64,000 bases of DNA from Nitrosopumilus sp. (GTDB taxonomy: Archaea > Thermoproteota > Nitrososphaeria > Nitrososphaerales > Nitrosopumilaceae). This document shows, piece after piece, positions 20,245 through 30,905 of this stretch (position 1 is its first letter; each line of letters begins with the position of its first letter). A program made the translations under genes and the position numbers. Location of the stretch: contig OZ242186.1 of the NCBI GenBank assembly GCA_965205675.1, forward strand, positions 1,728,001 through 1,792,000. Reading direction: 5' to 3'. The notes under the pieces were generated by a model. The model was not told the DNA's origin. It did no database searches and saw only the letters and a list, made by a program, of their open reading frames with translations.

Positions 20245-22914
20245 TTATCCTAAAACCATTGATTTTGCTTTGGCTATTGCCTTGTCTTTTTTAGATGTGT
20301 CTTTTCCTCCACCTTGGGCAAATTTAGCATCACCACCACCAGAACCTCCTAGAATTGAGGCTATTTCTTTGACAATCTCACCTGAATTTATACCTGATTG
20401 CTCTCCTGCAAATATTAATATACAAATTGTAGATCCTGCTTCAAAAATTCCACAAAATGCAGCTGTACCATCTTTTGCAACTAGTTTCTTGCCAAAGTTT
20501 TGATGGAAATAATTATCATATGCCTCATCGGATGTAAAACAAATTTTGTTATTTACTGTAATACCGTCTATCTCCCCTGATTCTTCTGTCAGAATTTTTT
20601 CTAACAGTATGGGAATTTTCTCTCTTGTTTTTTCTTTATTTTCTTCACGTTGTTTCTCCAATGCTTGTTTTGCGATAGTTTCTTGTTCTTGTTTTTTTGA
20701 TTCTTCTTCTTTATCTTTTACGTATTGAAATGCTGTAGGACCTGAAACAAATTCTATACGAACTACTCCGTCTTGAATTCTTTTAGTTTTTGTAATTTTG
20801 ATTAACTCAATATCTCCCGTCTTTTTTACATGGGTTCCACCACATGCTTCAATGTCTTTATCCTCAATTGATACAATTCTAACTAACTTTACTGGAACTA
20901 CTCCCCCCTGATAAATTCTAAATCCATACTTTTGTTCTGCAGTTCCTCTATCATAGTAATCAATGTTTACTGGATAATTTTCTTTTATCATCTGATTAGC
21001 TGCGTCTTCAATCTGGTTTACTTGCTGTTCAGTTAATGATGAATGATGTGTTATATCCAATCTTGCATGATCATCATCTTTGAATGCAGAATGCTGCCAG
21101 ATCCAAGAACCCAAAATCTTTCGTGATGATGCGTTGATAATATGGGTACTAGTGTGGTTTTTTGTAATGTTGAAACGACGAGTTTCATCAACCTTACATT
21201 GTATTGTTTCTCCCTCTTTTGGCACTCCACCTTCTAACTGATGAACAATAATGTCTGCATGTTTATCTACGTTAATTACCTTGAATCCTGCAATATTTCC
21301 CAAATCTGGTTCTTGACCTCCGCCTCTTGCATAAAATGAAGTTCTATCTAATACCACTTGATCATCAAAAACCTTGATTACTTTAGCCTCAAACTCCATT
21401 GGATCATCTTTGTAAAAGAGAGTCTCAGTTTCAGGTAGTTCTTCTAGTGGAAGTTCTGCAATTGTCTTTTTCTTTTCAGATTGATGCAAATCAGATAATT
21501 TTGAATAAAATGATGATGGAATTTCACTGATTGCCTCTACTTCTTTGAGATATTCTGGTGTAATTCCATCTGATTCATACAGTGTGATGAGTTCGTCTAC
21601 TGACGGCATGTCTTTTTCACGTATTTTCTCTGCCTTCTTCTTCATGTGGATTTTGGATTCTTCATATCGCGTAGATTCTATCTTGAGAATTTTTTTCACG
21701 TCTTCTCTTTTCTCATCTAGTTCAGGATAGGTGTCTTTGAGATAATCAATATGAGCATCAATTAACTCATCAATGTCTAATTTTAGATTCAATCGGTTAA
21801 TTGTCCCATTGATTCTCCGCAACATCATTCTGAGGTTATATCCTCCACCAACATTGCTTGGCAAAGCTCCATCTGTTATTGCAAAGATTAGAGTTCTCAA
21901 ATGATCTGCAATTAGATAGATTCCCTCAAGTGGTGTAATCATTTTTTCTAGCTGGGAATCTGTAATTTTCGCATTCTTTATTGCAAGACATCTGACGTGA
22001 TTTAGATCATCAAAATGATCAATTTCTTTTGCGATTTCAGTAAAATATTTCTTCAAAACTTTAGAATCGGGATCAATCCCAATTGTCTCAAATAATTTTC
22101 CATTTACTGGACCAAAACAGCAATCATATGCTGTAGGTGTGCCCATAGTAATCCATGCAAATCTCTCAAGGCCTGCACCCATGTCTATTACTCGTTGATC
22201 AAGTGTTGTATGTTGTCCTAATTCTCCTTGGAATTCAGTAAACACTGCATTTCCTAATTCCAATCCCCGTACAAAATATTCTAAAGAAGGTCCAAAAGAA
22301 CCTCCTCCTGCCCACACGTCTTCAACAAACACTACTTCTTCTTCTTTAATTCCAAATTGATTTGTTAATAATCTAAAATCTAAATCAATACATTCATCTT
22401 TCCAATAACCTCCCAAATCAGGAATGCTATGTTGTCCAATCATACAGAAACTTGAAAAGTGTCGTCCTGTAACTCCTACATTTTCTAAATCTTTGAAACG
22501 TAAACATGTTTGTGGAACTATTAACGGATTGGCTGGAAATTCAAAAACAACTTTGGAGCCCATTACTCTTTGAAAGTCCACAACTGATGCAATTGTAAAA
22601 AATAAATCGTCTCGCCATCTACAAACAACTGGATATCTGTTAACGGAGGTGTGGTTATTTTTTACAAAAAATTCTTCTATTTGTTTCCATGCTTGTGTAT
22701 AATCAAATCTTTTGTTAGTTGGTGGCTCACCAATGAATGAGTATGTATCTATTCCATCATCTGGACATAAGTTTCTATCTGCATTTAGAGTCCAAAAAAA
22801 TCTACCACATTTGGCACATGATTTTCTTACAAATCCGTGTTCTTGGAATAATTTAACATTATAGTATTTTTCCGAATTTGATGAAAATTCTTTTAGAATA
22901 TCTTTTTTATCCAA
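20245..22914 (-). CDS. alaS: Alanine--tRNA ligase
   Basis: DMGAGLER, ADHLRTL, HTSTH and CGGTH editing site, GGSGGG...AQGGG C-terminus. Confidence 0.97.
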   Translation of the reverse strand: MDKKDILKEFSSNSEKYYNVKLFQEHGFVRKSCAKCGRFFWTLNADRNLCPDDGIDTYSFIGEPPTNKRFDYTQAWKQIEEFFVKNNHTSVNRYPVVCRWRDDLFFTIASVVDFQRVMGSKVVFEFPANPLIVPQTCLRFKDLENVGVTGRHFSSFCMIGQHSIPDLGGYWKDECIDLDFRLLTNQFGIKEEEVVFVEDVWAGGGSFGPSLEYFVRGLELGNAVFTEFQGELGQHTTLDQRVIDMGAGLERFAWITMGTPTAYDCCFGPVNGKLFETIGIDPDSKVLKKYFTEIAKEIDHFDDLNHVRCLAIKNAKITDSQLEKMITPLEGIYLIADHLRTLIFAITDGALPSNVGGGYNLRMMLRRINGTINRLNLKLDIDELIDAHIDYLKDTYPELDEKREDVKKILKIESTRYEESKIHMKKKAEKIREKDMPSVDELITLYESDGITPEYLKEVEAISEIPSSFYSKLSDLHQSEKKKTIAELPLEELPETETLFYKDDPMEFEAKVIKVFDDQVVLDRTSFYARGGGQEPDLGNIAGFKVINVDKHADIIVHQLEGGVPKEGETIQCKVDETRRFNITKNHTSTHIINASSRKILGSWIWQHSAFKDDDHARLDITHHSSLTEQQVNQIEDAANQMIKENYPVNIDYYDRGTAEQKYGFRIYQGGVVPVKLVRIVSIEDKDIEACGGTHVKKTGDIELIKITKTKRIQDGVVRIEFVSGPTAFQYVKDKEEESKKQEQETIAKQALEKQREENKEKTREKIPILLEKILTEESGEIDGITVNNKICFTSDEAYDNYFHQNFGKKLVAKDGTAAFCGIFEAGSTICILIFAGEQSGINSGEIVKEIASILGGSGGGDAKFAQGGGKDTSKKDKAIAKAKSMVLG

Positions 22915-22949
22915 CGATGAGCCTGTTCCAATCCAATATTAAGAATTAC

Positions 22950-23272
22950 CGCTGACTAATTGAAGATAGAACGTTAGACATACCTGCTTGCAAGGTGACA
23001 TGAACAACAACAAGATGAAGCGACTAAGCAAAGAATTTTGTGACAGAGAAAAAGTTGTGAGAAGAATCAAAAAAGAAGACACTAATAATTGACAGTTATC
23101 AAATTTATCACAATTACGTCAGATCTCATATGGGGTTAGATTACAAGACATCTGCTGATGTATGCGGTATCGGTATAAAAGGTGAAAACAAATGGAAAAC
23201 CATGACAGGGAACACAAGTATGGAATAAAGGAAGGAGTCAAGCTTGGCATAAAGTGTACTTGATTGACAGTA
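22950..23272 (+). mobile_element. IS6-like transposase 3' remnant
   Basis: NNNKMKRL.KEF.DREKVV..IKKED / YQIYHNYVR.HMGLD.KT.A..CGI.IKGENKWKT, with frameshift. Confidence 0.7.
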
Positions 23273-23303
23273 GATTTTCTAGTTTAAGTTATTGACAACA
23301 CAT

Positions 23304-24610
23304 CAGTAGATGGGAAAGTAACTCAATTTAGATCAAAAACTATCAATTATTCAATCAATCTATTCAGATAGAAAAAGCTTGATGGAAGTATGTCACTCCA
23401 TCAAATATGCATTGTACTTCATTTGATACCATGACACACCAAGGCGTGATACTATCTAAAGCATTTGAGATTATCACTAAAATAATGTACAGTATCTTGT
23501 TGTTTCCATGCTCTAGTAAAAATAACTCACGGTTCCACAATGCTGATGCACACAATTCTGTCATGTCATTGTGTTTGGGAAATTCATATTCTGAATCTGG
23601 ATTAAAGAGACTGGCAATGGAATCAGATAATGCTTCTCCAACTGGTTCATAGTTGAGAAAAATCATATCAAAAATATCACAAAAAACAATGCAAATTCAA
23701 TTACATCAGTCACTAGATAGTACAGTATCAAAATTACAAGAATTGGGAGTATTGGAACAACCAGTTACTGTAGCAATTGACAAACATCTAATCCCAAGAT
23801 ATGACAAATTGCCAAACCATTCTTTAATAAAATCAAAATCAAAAAACAGTACTACTCATTTTGAGAGTTACTGCACCATGCAATGTGTAGAAAAAAGAAT
23901 CAGGGCTCAATTAGGTTGTTATCCTTTGTATGACAACAAATCAAATGCCGATTTTGTGCGTAAATTACTCTCTGATGGCATCAATAATGGAATCAAGATT
24001 AAACTATTGCTAGTGGATAGGGAGTTTTTCACAGCTGGAACAATTTCAGAAATAAAACAAAAGAATCTGAAATTTCTAATGCCTGCAAAAAAGAATTCTC
24101 GAATCAAAGATGCAATTGTACAATACGTTAATGGAGATAGAAAGTCAATCTCGCCATACACAATAAAATCATCATCAGTACATGTAGAATCATTTAATCT
24201 AGTTATTCTGCCAAACAAAAATGCAAGAAAAAAATCAGATATTATTGATCAGTATGTTGTGTTTGCAACAAACGTTTCACCAAAAGAAATATCATATAAC
24301 ATACAAAACATTCCAACTGATTACAAGAAACGTTGGGGAATTGAAACAGGATATGCATGTGTGGGAAGGTTCAGACCAAAGACTACTAGTGGGAATCAAT
24401 CCATAAGATTGTTGTATTTTTACTATTCATTGATTTTGTACATTGCTAATTTGATTATCTCAGAAGAAACTAATGTAAAAAATTACAAACCAATAATATC
24501 AATTGAAATTCTCAAATATTTCTTTGTAAAGATAATTATTCATTATTTTAGAAATAACAAAAATAATTATTTTCTAGAATGTGTAACTTGAGTTACTTTC
24601 CCATCTACTG
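23304..24610 (+). mobile_element. ISH3-family element, near full length, with perfect 23-bp TIRs and 6-bp TSD ACACAT
   Basis: CAGTAGATGGGAAAGTAACTCAA ... TTGAGTTACTTTCCCATCTACTG, both flanked by ACACAT. Confidence 0.92.
23407..24591 (+). pseudogene. ISH3 transposase with one in-frame TAG (23650-23652)
   Basis: ORFs 23407..23652 and 23653..24591 share a frame; VAIDKH, LLVDREFF, YKKRWGIETGY DDE motifs. Confidence 0.88.
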
Positions 24611-24708
24611 ACACATCCTAAAACCCTCCAATACATCATGATTTCATTAACTGTCAGTCTGTCGTTGCTTCTTGGATGTCTTGTTTTAGAGGGTTTTGAA
24701 ATGCATTG
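24611..24708. mobile_element. IS5-derived MITE (~100 bp) whose left TIR (from 23296) was split by the ISH3 insertion
   Basis: CAACACATCCTAAAACCCTCCAATACATC resembles the IS5 end at 61048; inverted GAGGGTTTTGAAATGCATTG at the right. Confidence 0.6.
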
Positions 24709-24714
24709 TTTTAT

Positions 24715-25049
24715 CAGTACTTGGGAAAGTAATCCAATTTAGACCACAAACTAACCATTATTTCATCAGTTAAACAACAAATTTGGATAGAAAAAGATTG
24801 ATGGAGGTATGCTGCTCCATCAAATATGAATCATAATCTTGATTTTGCACACCTTAGAAATTCAACAACTCAAGCATTTGCAAATATTGCTAAAATAATG
24901 TGCACAACATTGTTGTTTTCTTGCTCACAAAAAAAGTAATGCCATATACGATTCAGAGGATAATTGAAAACCTGTGTTATGTTGTTAGCGCTTTAGAAAA
25001 CAATGAGCCATGTTTTGTCTTTTCGCTATAGTTACTTTCCCAAGTACTG
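24715..25049 (+). mobile_element. Internally deleted ISH3-type element (335 bp) with 5-bp TSD TTTAT; MITE-A-like end inside
   Basis: CAGTACTTGGGAAAGTAA ... TTACTTTCCCAAGTACTG; GTCTTTTCGCTATA abuts the right TIR. Confidence 0.85.
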
Positions 25050-25054
25050 TTTAT

Positions 25055-25110
25055 TGTAATGCTTTGTTGTTGAGTGATTTTATTTTTGTGAAGCAATATG
25101 CCCAAGTCTT
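25055..25110 (+). mobile_element. Right end of the IS982/IS5-like element (solo remnant)
   Basis: ATGCTTTGTTGTTGA...TATGCCCAAGTCT matches 47787-47844. Confidence 0.7.
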
Positions 25111-25150
25111 AACTAATTAAATAATTTATAAAATAGATAGTACATTTTAT

Positions 25151-26611
25151 TTATTGGATTATTTTTTTGATTTGTTTTTCCAAATCTATGATAGAAGAAC
25201 TAATTTTATTTTCACGTTCTGATATAATCATTCTATATTTATCGATCTTTTGAGTTCTATCAGAAATCATTCTTTTTTGCTCATCATAACCTGAAGAACC
25301 AAGAGATTTCCTATCTTTAAGAGATGAAACAACAGTTGTGGAGGATATAATTTTAGATACAATTTTAGAGTCAACTTTGGTATCAGATACAGATTTTTTG
25401 ATTTCAGAAGGAGTTAATTTTGAAATGGGTTTTTTTGAATTGTGAGCCAATTGAACCAAAGCTCCTGAAATTTTATGAGTCACTCTAAATGAAATTCCTT
25501 CTTGGACTAATTTTTCAGCAATATCTAATGCAATAAGATTACTTGATTCAGTTACTTTTTTCATTTGTTTTTCGTTTACTTTCAAAGTCAAAAGAATTGA
25601 TTTTAAAATTAATAAAGCACTGATAGAAATTTTTGATGTAGACCAGATTGATGATTTAATTTGTTGCAAATCTCGTCCATATCCAGACGCTAATCCTTTA
25701 ACAGTTGTTAAAATTGCAGTCAAATTTCCAATTATTTCAGATGTTTTTCCTCGTGTTAATTCTAAGATATCAGGATTCTTTTTTTGTGGCATTACACTAG
25801 ATGGAGATGTAAATTCATCTGAAAGTTCAATAAATGAAAATTCAGAAGTAGACCAAATTACAAAGTCTTCTGAAATTTTACTAAGATTAGTCATCAAAAT
25901 AGAAATCATTGCAACATATTCTGCTACAAAATCTCGTGTGCTTGTAGCATCAATAGAATTTTCAACAAGACCATCAAAACCTAACATCTTTGCTGTACTG
26001 TATCGGTCAATTGGTATACTTGTTCCACCTACAGGTCCTGCTCCAAGAGGACTTTGGTTAATGCGTTTAAATGTGTCAAATAATCTTTCAAAATCTCTTG
26101 TTAAAGCATCTGCTTGAGCTAAAAGATAATGTGAAAAAAGACCAGCTTGTGCTTGTTGTAGATGAGTATAAAGAGGCATGATAGTTTTTTGATGATTTTT
26201 AGCTACAGATACAAAGGACTCGATAGTATCCAATAAGCAATTACAAATAATATTGATATCATCTCGAATTTTCATTCGAATATCTAATACAACTTGATCA
26301 TTTCGAGATCTTGCAGTATGCATTTTCCCTCCACTTGCCATACCTGCTTTCTTTATTACCAACATTTCAATTAGTTCATGAATATCTTCTGCATCAGATG
26401 AAGTATCAAACTTCTTATTTTTTAAATTCTCTAAAGTAGATAAAATTTTTTTTGTGTCATTTTTTGTAATAATATCATTTTCAAACAACATCAAGACATG
26501 AGCTTGACTTCCAAGAATATCATAAAGAGCGATTTCAGAATCATCATTAATTGATGAAACATAATCTAGAGTGACATTACTCAAATCAGTACCAAGACGA
26601 GAACGATACAT
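25151..26611 (-). CDS. argH: Argininosuccinate lyase
   Basis: EDIHE, HTARSRNDQV, YTHLQQAQ, SSVMPQKKNPD. Confidence 0.96.
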   Translation of the reverse strand: MYRSRLGTDLSNVTLDYVSSINDDSEIALYDILGSQAHVLMLFENDIITKNDTKKILSTLENLKNKKFDTSSDAEDIHELIEMLVIKKAGMASGGKMHTARSRNDQVVLDIRMKIRDDINIICNCLLDTIESFVSVAKNHQKTIMPLYTHLQQAQAGLFSHYLLAQADALTRDFERLFDTFKRINQSPLGAGPVGGTSIPIDRYSTAKMLGFDGLVENSIDATSTRDFVAEYVAMISILMTNLSKISEDFVIWSTSEFSFIELSDEFTSPSSVMPQKKNPDILELTRGKTSEIIGNLTAILTTVKGLASGYGRDLQQIKSSIWSTSKISISALLILKSILLTLKVNEKQMKKVTESSNLIALDIAEKLVQEGISFRVTHKISGALVQLAHNSKKPISKLTPSEIKKSVSDTKVDSKIVSKIISSTTVVSSLKDRKSLGSSGYDEQKRMISDRTQKIDKYRMIISERENKISSSIIDLEKQIKKIIQ

Positions 26612-26660
26612 TACCTAAGGTTCTAGAATGGTTATATATAGCATCGATGGTTTTCTCCAC

Positions 26661-26984
26661 ATGAGCCAAGATATCAAACAGATGCGAGTGAAAATATTTG
26701 ATGAGCTATCAAAGATTGTAGATCCAGAAATTAACACATCAATTGTAGAACTGGAATTAATTGATGAAGTAGATATCAACGACAGTAATGTCAAAGTGGA
26801 TTTACATCTAACAAGCCCATTCTGTCCAGCAGTATTTGGTTTTAAGATTTGTCAAGATGTTCATGATAATCTTTTGAAAGTAGATGGAGTAGATGACGTT
26901 AAAGTTAATGTCTCAAATCACTTTATGGCTGAACAGATCAACAATCAAGTTAACAATAGTCCAAATCCAAAAAAATTAGATTAA
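26661..26984 (+). CDS. Metal-sulfur cluster assembly factor (DUF59/PaaD-SufT family)
   Basis: IVDPEINTSIVELELI, LTSPFCPA motif. Confidence 0.88.
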   Translation: MSQDIKQMRVKIFDELSKIVDPEINTSIVELELIDEVDINDSNVKVDLHLTSPFCPAVFGFKICQDVHDNLLKVDGVDDVKVNVSNHFMAEQINNQVNNSPNPKKLD

Positions 26985-27736
26985 CTTCTAAAACCTAACA
27001 TGTATCCTCGGAGTAGTTGGATTCCCATTGCAGGATCAACACCTTTTGGACATACTTGACTACAAGAACCAGCAAAATGACATCTCCAAATACCGTGAGA
27101 ATCATCAATTATTTTTAATCTAGAATCTTTACCTTTATCTCTGCTATCAGCAACATATCGATATGCTTGAGCCAATGCCTGAGGACCAACAAAAGATGAA
27201 TCAGTAGCCATTGTTGGACACGCAGAATTACATAAACCACATTTGATACAATTTGCAAATTGAATGTATTGTTCCACCTCTTCAGGAGATTGTAGAAATT
27301 CTTTTTCATCAGAGTTTAATTCGGTATCATCTCTAATTAGATATGGTTTGATTTTTTGATGAGTGTCAAATAATTTTTCAAATCTTACTGCCAAATCACG
27401 AATTACAGGGAAATTATTCATTGGTTCAACTGTAACAACATTAGAATCTAATTCACTGATTTTTGTAAAACACGCTAATCGAGGTTTTCCATTAATAATC
27501 ATTCCACATGAACCACATGTAGCTTGTCTACAAGAATAACGAACTGCAACAGAATGATCAAGATGTTTTTTCACATCAAGAATAGCTTCTAGAACAGTTG
27601 TCCATTTTTCATATTTGACATTAAATTCCATGAATTGACTCGAGTCATCATGTTCTGGATTATATCTTGAAATTTTAAGAAGGGCTGATTTTGCCGTTGG
27701 GGATTGTTCGTTTAAGATACCAGAAACTTGTGCCAT
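26981..27736 (-). CDS. sdhB: Succinate dehydrogenase iron-sulfur subunit
   Basis: SCRQATCGSC, CIKCGLCNSACP, CHFAGSCSQVCP. Confidence 0.95.
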   Translation of the reverse strand: MAQVSGILNEQSPTAKSALLKISRYNPEHDDSSQFMEFNVKYEKWTTVLEAILDVKKHLDHSVAVRYSCRQATCGSCGMIINGKPRLACFTKISELDSNVVTVEPMNNFPVIRDLAVRFEKLFDTHQKIKPYLIRDDTELNSDEKEFLQSPEEVEQYIQFANCIKCGLCNSACPTMATDSSFVGPQALAQAYRYVADSRDKGKDSRLKIIDDSHGIWRCHFAGSCSQVCPKGVDPAMGIQLLRGYMLGFRS

Positions 27737-27738
27737 TT

Positions 27739-28083
27739 CTATGCCATTCCCATGTTAGTCATAATAATTGTTCTTGAGCCGTAGGCTATTAACCCAATCA
27801 TTGCTGCAAGACAACCATACGAAACAGCTTTTTCATACATTCTTCCTTGTTTTAATTCAAGTAAGATTACTCGAAGTCCATTAAATCCATGAACAGATAA
27901 TAAAATGAGAATTATTTCTAACATTATAGCATATGGAATGAATTTGTAGTTTGCCAAAACATTCTCATAATTCAGAGATTCTGCATATCCCATTGTTAAA
28001 CGCATTAAAATGTGAACTGCGACTAATGCCACAGCTGCTAAAGCAGTTCCATAGTGAATTTTCATTATTGTACTTTCTCGCAT
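27739..28083 (-). CDS. sdhD: Succinate dehydrogenase membrane anchor subunit D
   Basis: Three TM helices, HGFNGLRVIL; operon position. Confidence 0.85.
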   Translation of the reverse strand: MRESTIMKIHYGTALAAVALVAVHILMRLTMGYAESLNYENVLANYKFIPYAIMLEIILILLSVHGFNGLRVILLELKQGRMYEKAVSYGCLAAMIGLIAYGSRTIIMTNMGMA

Positions 28084-28084
28084 T

Positions 28085-28516
28085 TTATTCACCAAACATT
28101 ACCGCTAAACCATACATCATTGCAACTGCAGCAAGAACTATTGCAGAATAAATTCCTATTTTGTGTCTGTAATTTTGTGATGCTGGATCATATGGATAAT
28201 CAGGTCTTGCAGGTTTTCCTACACCAACTCCTCCATGTCCCAACATTACTCTAACTCCATTTACAGTGTGAAATACACACATAGCAATTACAATAGACAG
28301 AATGATATGTCCTTCAGTACCAGATATGATTTCCATGAAATCATCCCAACCGACTTGACCACGTAGAATATTACTCGTCTCATAAATATGACCAACAAAA
28401 TATGCCAATAATCCCAATCCACTTAATCGCATTAACAAATATGCTATGCGCTCAATTCCATATCGACGAGGATTAATCATTCCTCCAATACCTTCTTTGT
28501 GTTCATCACGGGGCAT
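28085..28516 (-). CDS. sdhC: Succinate dehydrogenase cytochrome b subunit C
   Basis: RLSGLGL, FHTVNGVR heme-ligand motif. Confidence 0.87.
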   Translation of the reverse strand: MPRDEHKEGIGGMINPRRYGIERIAYLLMRLSGLGLLAYFVGHIYETSNILRGQVGWDDFMEIISGTEGHIILSIVIAMCVFHTVNGVRVMLGHGGVGVGKPARPDYPYDPASQNYRHKIGIYSAIVLAAVAMMYGLAVMFGE

Positions 28517-30229
28517 CTAGTATTTCCTCTCCACTGGCTGATACTTGGTAATTGTGACGGGGTGTGTTTTCATAATCGGTTCATTTGGATCATAGTAAGC
28601 AAGAGTATGATGTAAAAAGTTAGCATCATCACGTTTTGGATAATCAATCCTTGCATGTGCACCACGAGATTCTTTTCTGTTAATTGCACCAAGTAAGATA
28701 ATTTCTGCTATTCTGAACATAGAATCAAGTTCCATAACATTGGCAAAATTGGTGTTGTATTCTTTTGCTTTATCATCGACATGTTTCCAAGTTTGCGTTT
28801 TTAGATTTCTGATTATTTTAAGACCTTCAATCAAATTAGTTTCATTTTTGTAAACATATGCTTTATCATTCATTGTATCAGTAAGCTGTTGCCTAATTTC
28901 ATATGGATTAACATCTCCATTTCCTCTAAAAATCCCATCATAGATTCTTTTTTCTTCAGCTGCCACTAAATGATGTGGCCAAGGATTATCTTGTAAATTA
29001 TTTTGGATATAATCAATTGCCAATTCCCCAGTAATTTTACCCCAAACAATACATTCAGAGGTAGAATTTGCACCTAGGCGATTAGAGCCATGAACGCTGT
29101 TACATGCAGCCTCACCTGCAGCCCAAACTCCTTGAATTTCAGTTGCACCGTCAATATCAGTATGAAGTCCACCCATCATATAATGACAGACAGGTCTGAT
29201 GTCCAGTAAATCCTTAGCAGGATCTTGACCTGAAAATTTAATGGATATCTCTCTAATACCACCTAATTTTTCTTTGATTTTTTCATCACCAAGATGTCGT
29301 AAATCGAGTTTCATACAATCTACACCAGTTTCATGTTTGAAACCACGACCTTCTTGAATTTCTGTCATAATTGATCTGGATACAATATCTCGTGGTGCTA
29401 ATTCCATTTTACCAGCTGCATATGTTTTCATAAATCGTTCACCTTTATTGTTAAGAAGATAACCACCTTCTCCTCTTGCACCTTCTGTGATTAGGATTCC
29501 AGAAGGTAAAATTCCAGTTGGATGAAATTGAACAAATTCCATATCTTTAAGAGCCATACCAGCACGTAATCCCATATCCAAACCATCAGGAGTTGAAGAA
29601 AGAGCATATGTTGAAAAGCTGTATAATCTTCCAGCTCCACCAGTTGCAATGATGAGAGCTTTTCCTTTAATTGTGTAAAATGTGCCAGAACCTAATTCAA
29701 TTGCAGTAACTCCCATGAATCGTTTTCCATCATGTATAATTGATGTTACAAACCATTCGTTAAGATATTCAATATTTTCAAATTTTTGACATGTATCATA
29801 CAATGTTTGCATTTCAAAGAAACCAACTTTGTCTGATGCATATGTTGCTCTAGGAAAACTGTAACCTCCAAAGTTGCGTTGATCAATTCTACCATCATTT
29901 CGTCTTGACCAGGGCATTCCCCAATGATCTAATTGATAAATTTCTTGTGGCATTTCAACACAGAGTCTTTCAGCAACATCTTGATCTGCAAGAAAATCAC
30001 TACCTTTGACAGTATCATAAACATGGGATTCAATGGTATCACCTTCATCTTCAAAAAGAACAGCAGCAGTTCCACCTTCTGCAGAAACAGAATGAGAACG
30101 CATCACTTGTACTTTGGAGACAATTCCAATTTTAAGATGAGGTCCTTTTTTGGCAGCAGCAATTGCAGCTCGCAATCCTGCTAACCCAGAACCACAAATA
30201 ATCAAGTCAAATTCTATGGAATCTACCAT
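28517..30229 (-). CDS. sdhA: Succinate dehydrogenase flavoprotein subunit
   Basis: GSGLAG, RSHSVSAEGG, QFHPTG, HYMMGG, HGSNRLGANS. Confidence 0.97.
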   Translation of the reverse strand: MVDSIEFDLIICGSGLAGLRAAIAAAKKGPHLKIGIVSKVQVMRSHSVSAEGGTAAVLFEDEGDTIESHVYDTVKGSDFLADQDVAERLCVEMPQEIYQLDHWGMPWSRRNDGRIDQRNFGGYSFPRATYASDKVGFFEMQTLYDTCQKFENIEYLNEWFVTSIIHDGKRFMGVTAIELGSGTFYTIKGKALIIATGGAGRLYSFSTYALSSTPDGLDMGLRAGMALKDMEFVQFHPTGILPSGILITEGARGEGGYLLNNKGERFMKTYAAGKMELAPRDIVSRSIMTEIQEGRGFKHETGVDCMKLDLRHLGDEKIKEKLGGIREISIKFSGQDPAKDLLDIRPVCHYMMGGLHTDIDGATEIQGVWAAGEAACNSVHGSNRLGANSTSECIVWGKITGELAIDYIQNNLQDNPWPHHLVAAEEKRIYDGIFRGNGDVNPYEIRQQLTDTMNDKAYVYKNETNLIEGLKIIRNLKTQTWKHVDDKAKEYNTNFANVMELDSMFRIAEIILLGAINRKESRGAHARIDYPKRDDANFLHHTLAYYDPNEPIMKTHPVTITKYQPVERKY

Positions 30230-30300
30230 TTTCAGTCAAACTTGCTTTGGGCGAGATAAATATGTAGTAATTGTAGGCGTGATCCAAAATATTAAAATAT

Positions 30301-30324
30301 ATCACTAGTGATATCACTAGTGAT
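30301..30324. promoter_or_regulatory. Tandem palindromic operator (ATCACTAGTGAT)x2 at the padR start, divergent from sdhA
   Basis: Perfect 24-bp palindrome between a TATA-like ATTAAAATAT and the padR ATG. Confidence 0.65.
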
Positions 30325-30832
30325 GATTTCTGAATGGTTTCAGAGAGTAGGAAGTTCAATTCCTAGAGGATTTTCAAGATATTTTATTTTGGAATTATTG
30401 AAGAAAACTCCGCACACAGGAAAAGAGATCATAGACTATGCAGTAGAGCAAAGTAATGGGATTTGGAGACCATCACCGGGATTAATTTATCCGTTACTAG
30501 GTAGACTATTGGATGAGGGACTAATTGAGGAGACTAAAGATGGAAAGTATCAATTAACAAAGAAAGGAAAAAACACCGCAGAGGATGTAGATAAAGTAAA
30601 TGATATTGTCAAAAAACAACTAGAAGTTTTGTTCAGATTAGGTAATGTGGGAAGATTTGTTGCAACAGATCTATTAGAGAAGATTTCTTCGATGGGATCT
30701 ATTCTTAGTTCTAATTTTACCAATATGACTGAAGAAGAAACCAGCAAGTATAAGCAATTCCTAGAATCAGAATTGAAAAAAATTGAAGAGAAAGAAGTAA
30801 AGAAAAAAGGTAAATCGATTAAGATCGATTAA
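30323..30832 (+). CDS. PadR-family transcriptional regulator
   Basis: ILELL...GKEII...WRPSPGLIYPLLGRLLDEGLI...YQLTKKG. Confidence 0.9.
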   Translation: MISEWFQRVGSSIPRGFSRYFILELLKKTPHTGKEIIDYAVEQSNGIWRPSPGLIYPLLGRLLDEGLIEETKDGKYQLTKKGKNTAEDVDKVNDIVKKQLEVLFRLGNVGRFVATDLLEKISSMGSILSSNFTNMTEEETSKYKQFLESELKKIEEKEVKKKGKSIKID

Positions 30833-30905
30833 CCATAGATGTTCATTAAAAAATTCAGTATCATATAATTAAAATCATAAATAATTCAGGAAAGAAAACA
30901 TCGTT

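Noticed and set aside
23650-23652. Pyrrolysine or readthrough at the in-frame TAG of the ISH3 transposase
   Set aside because: Most simply a TGG>TAG nonsense change; the gene also appears to have a small C-terminal deletion and no pyl genes are visible
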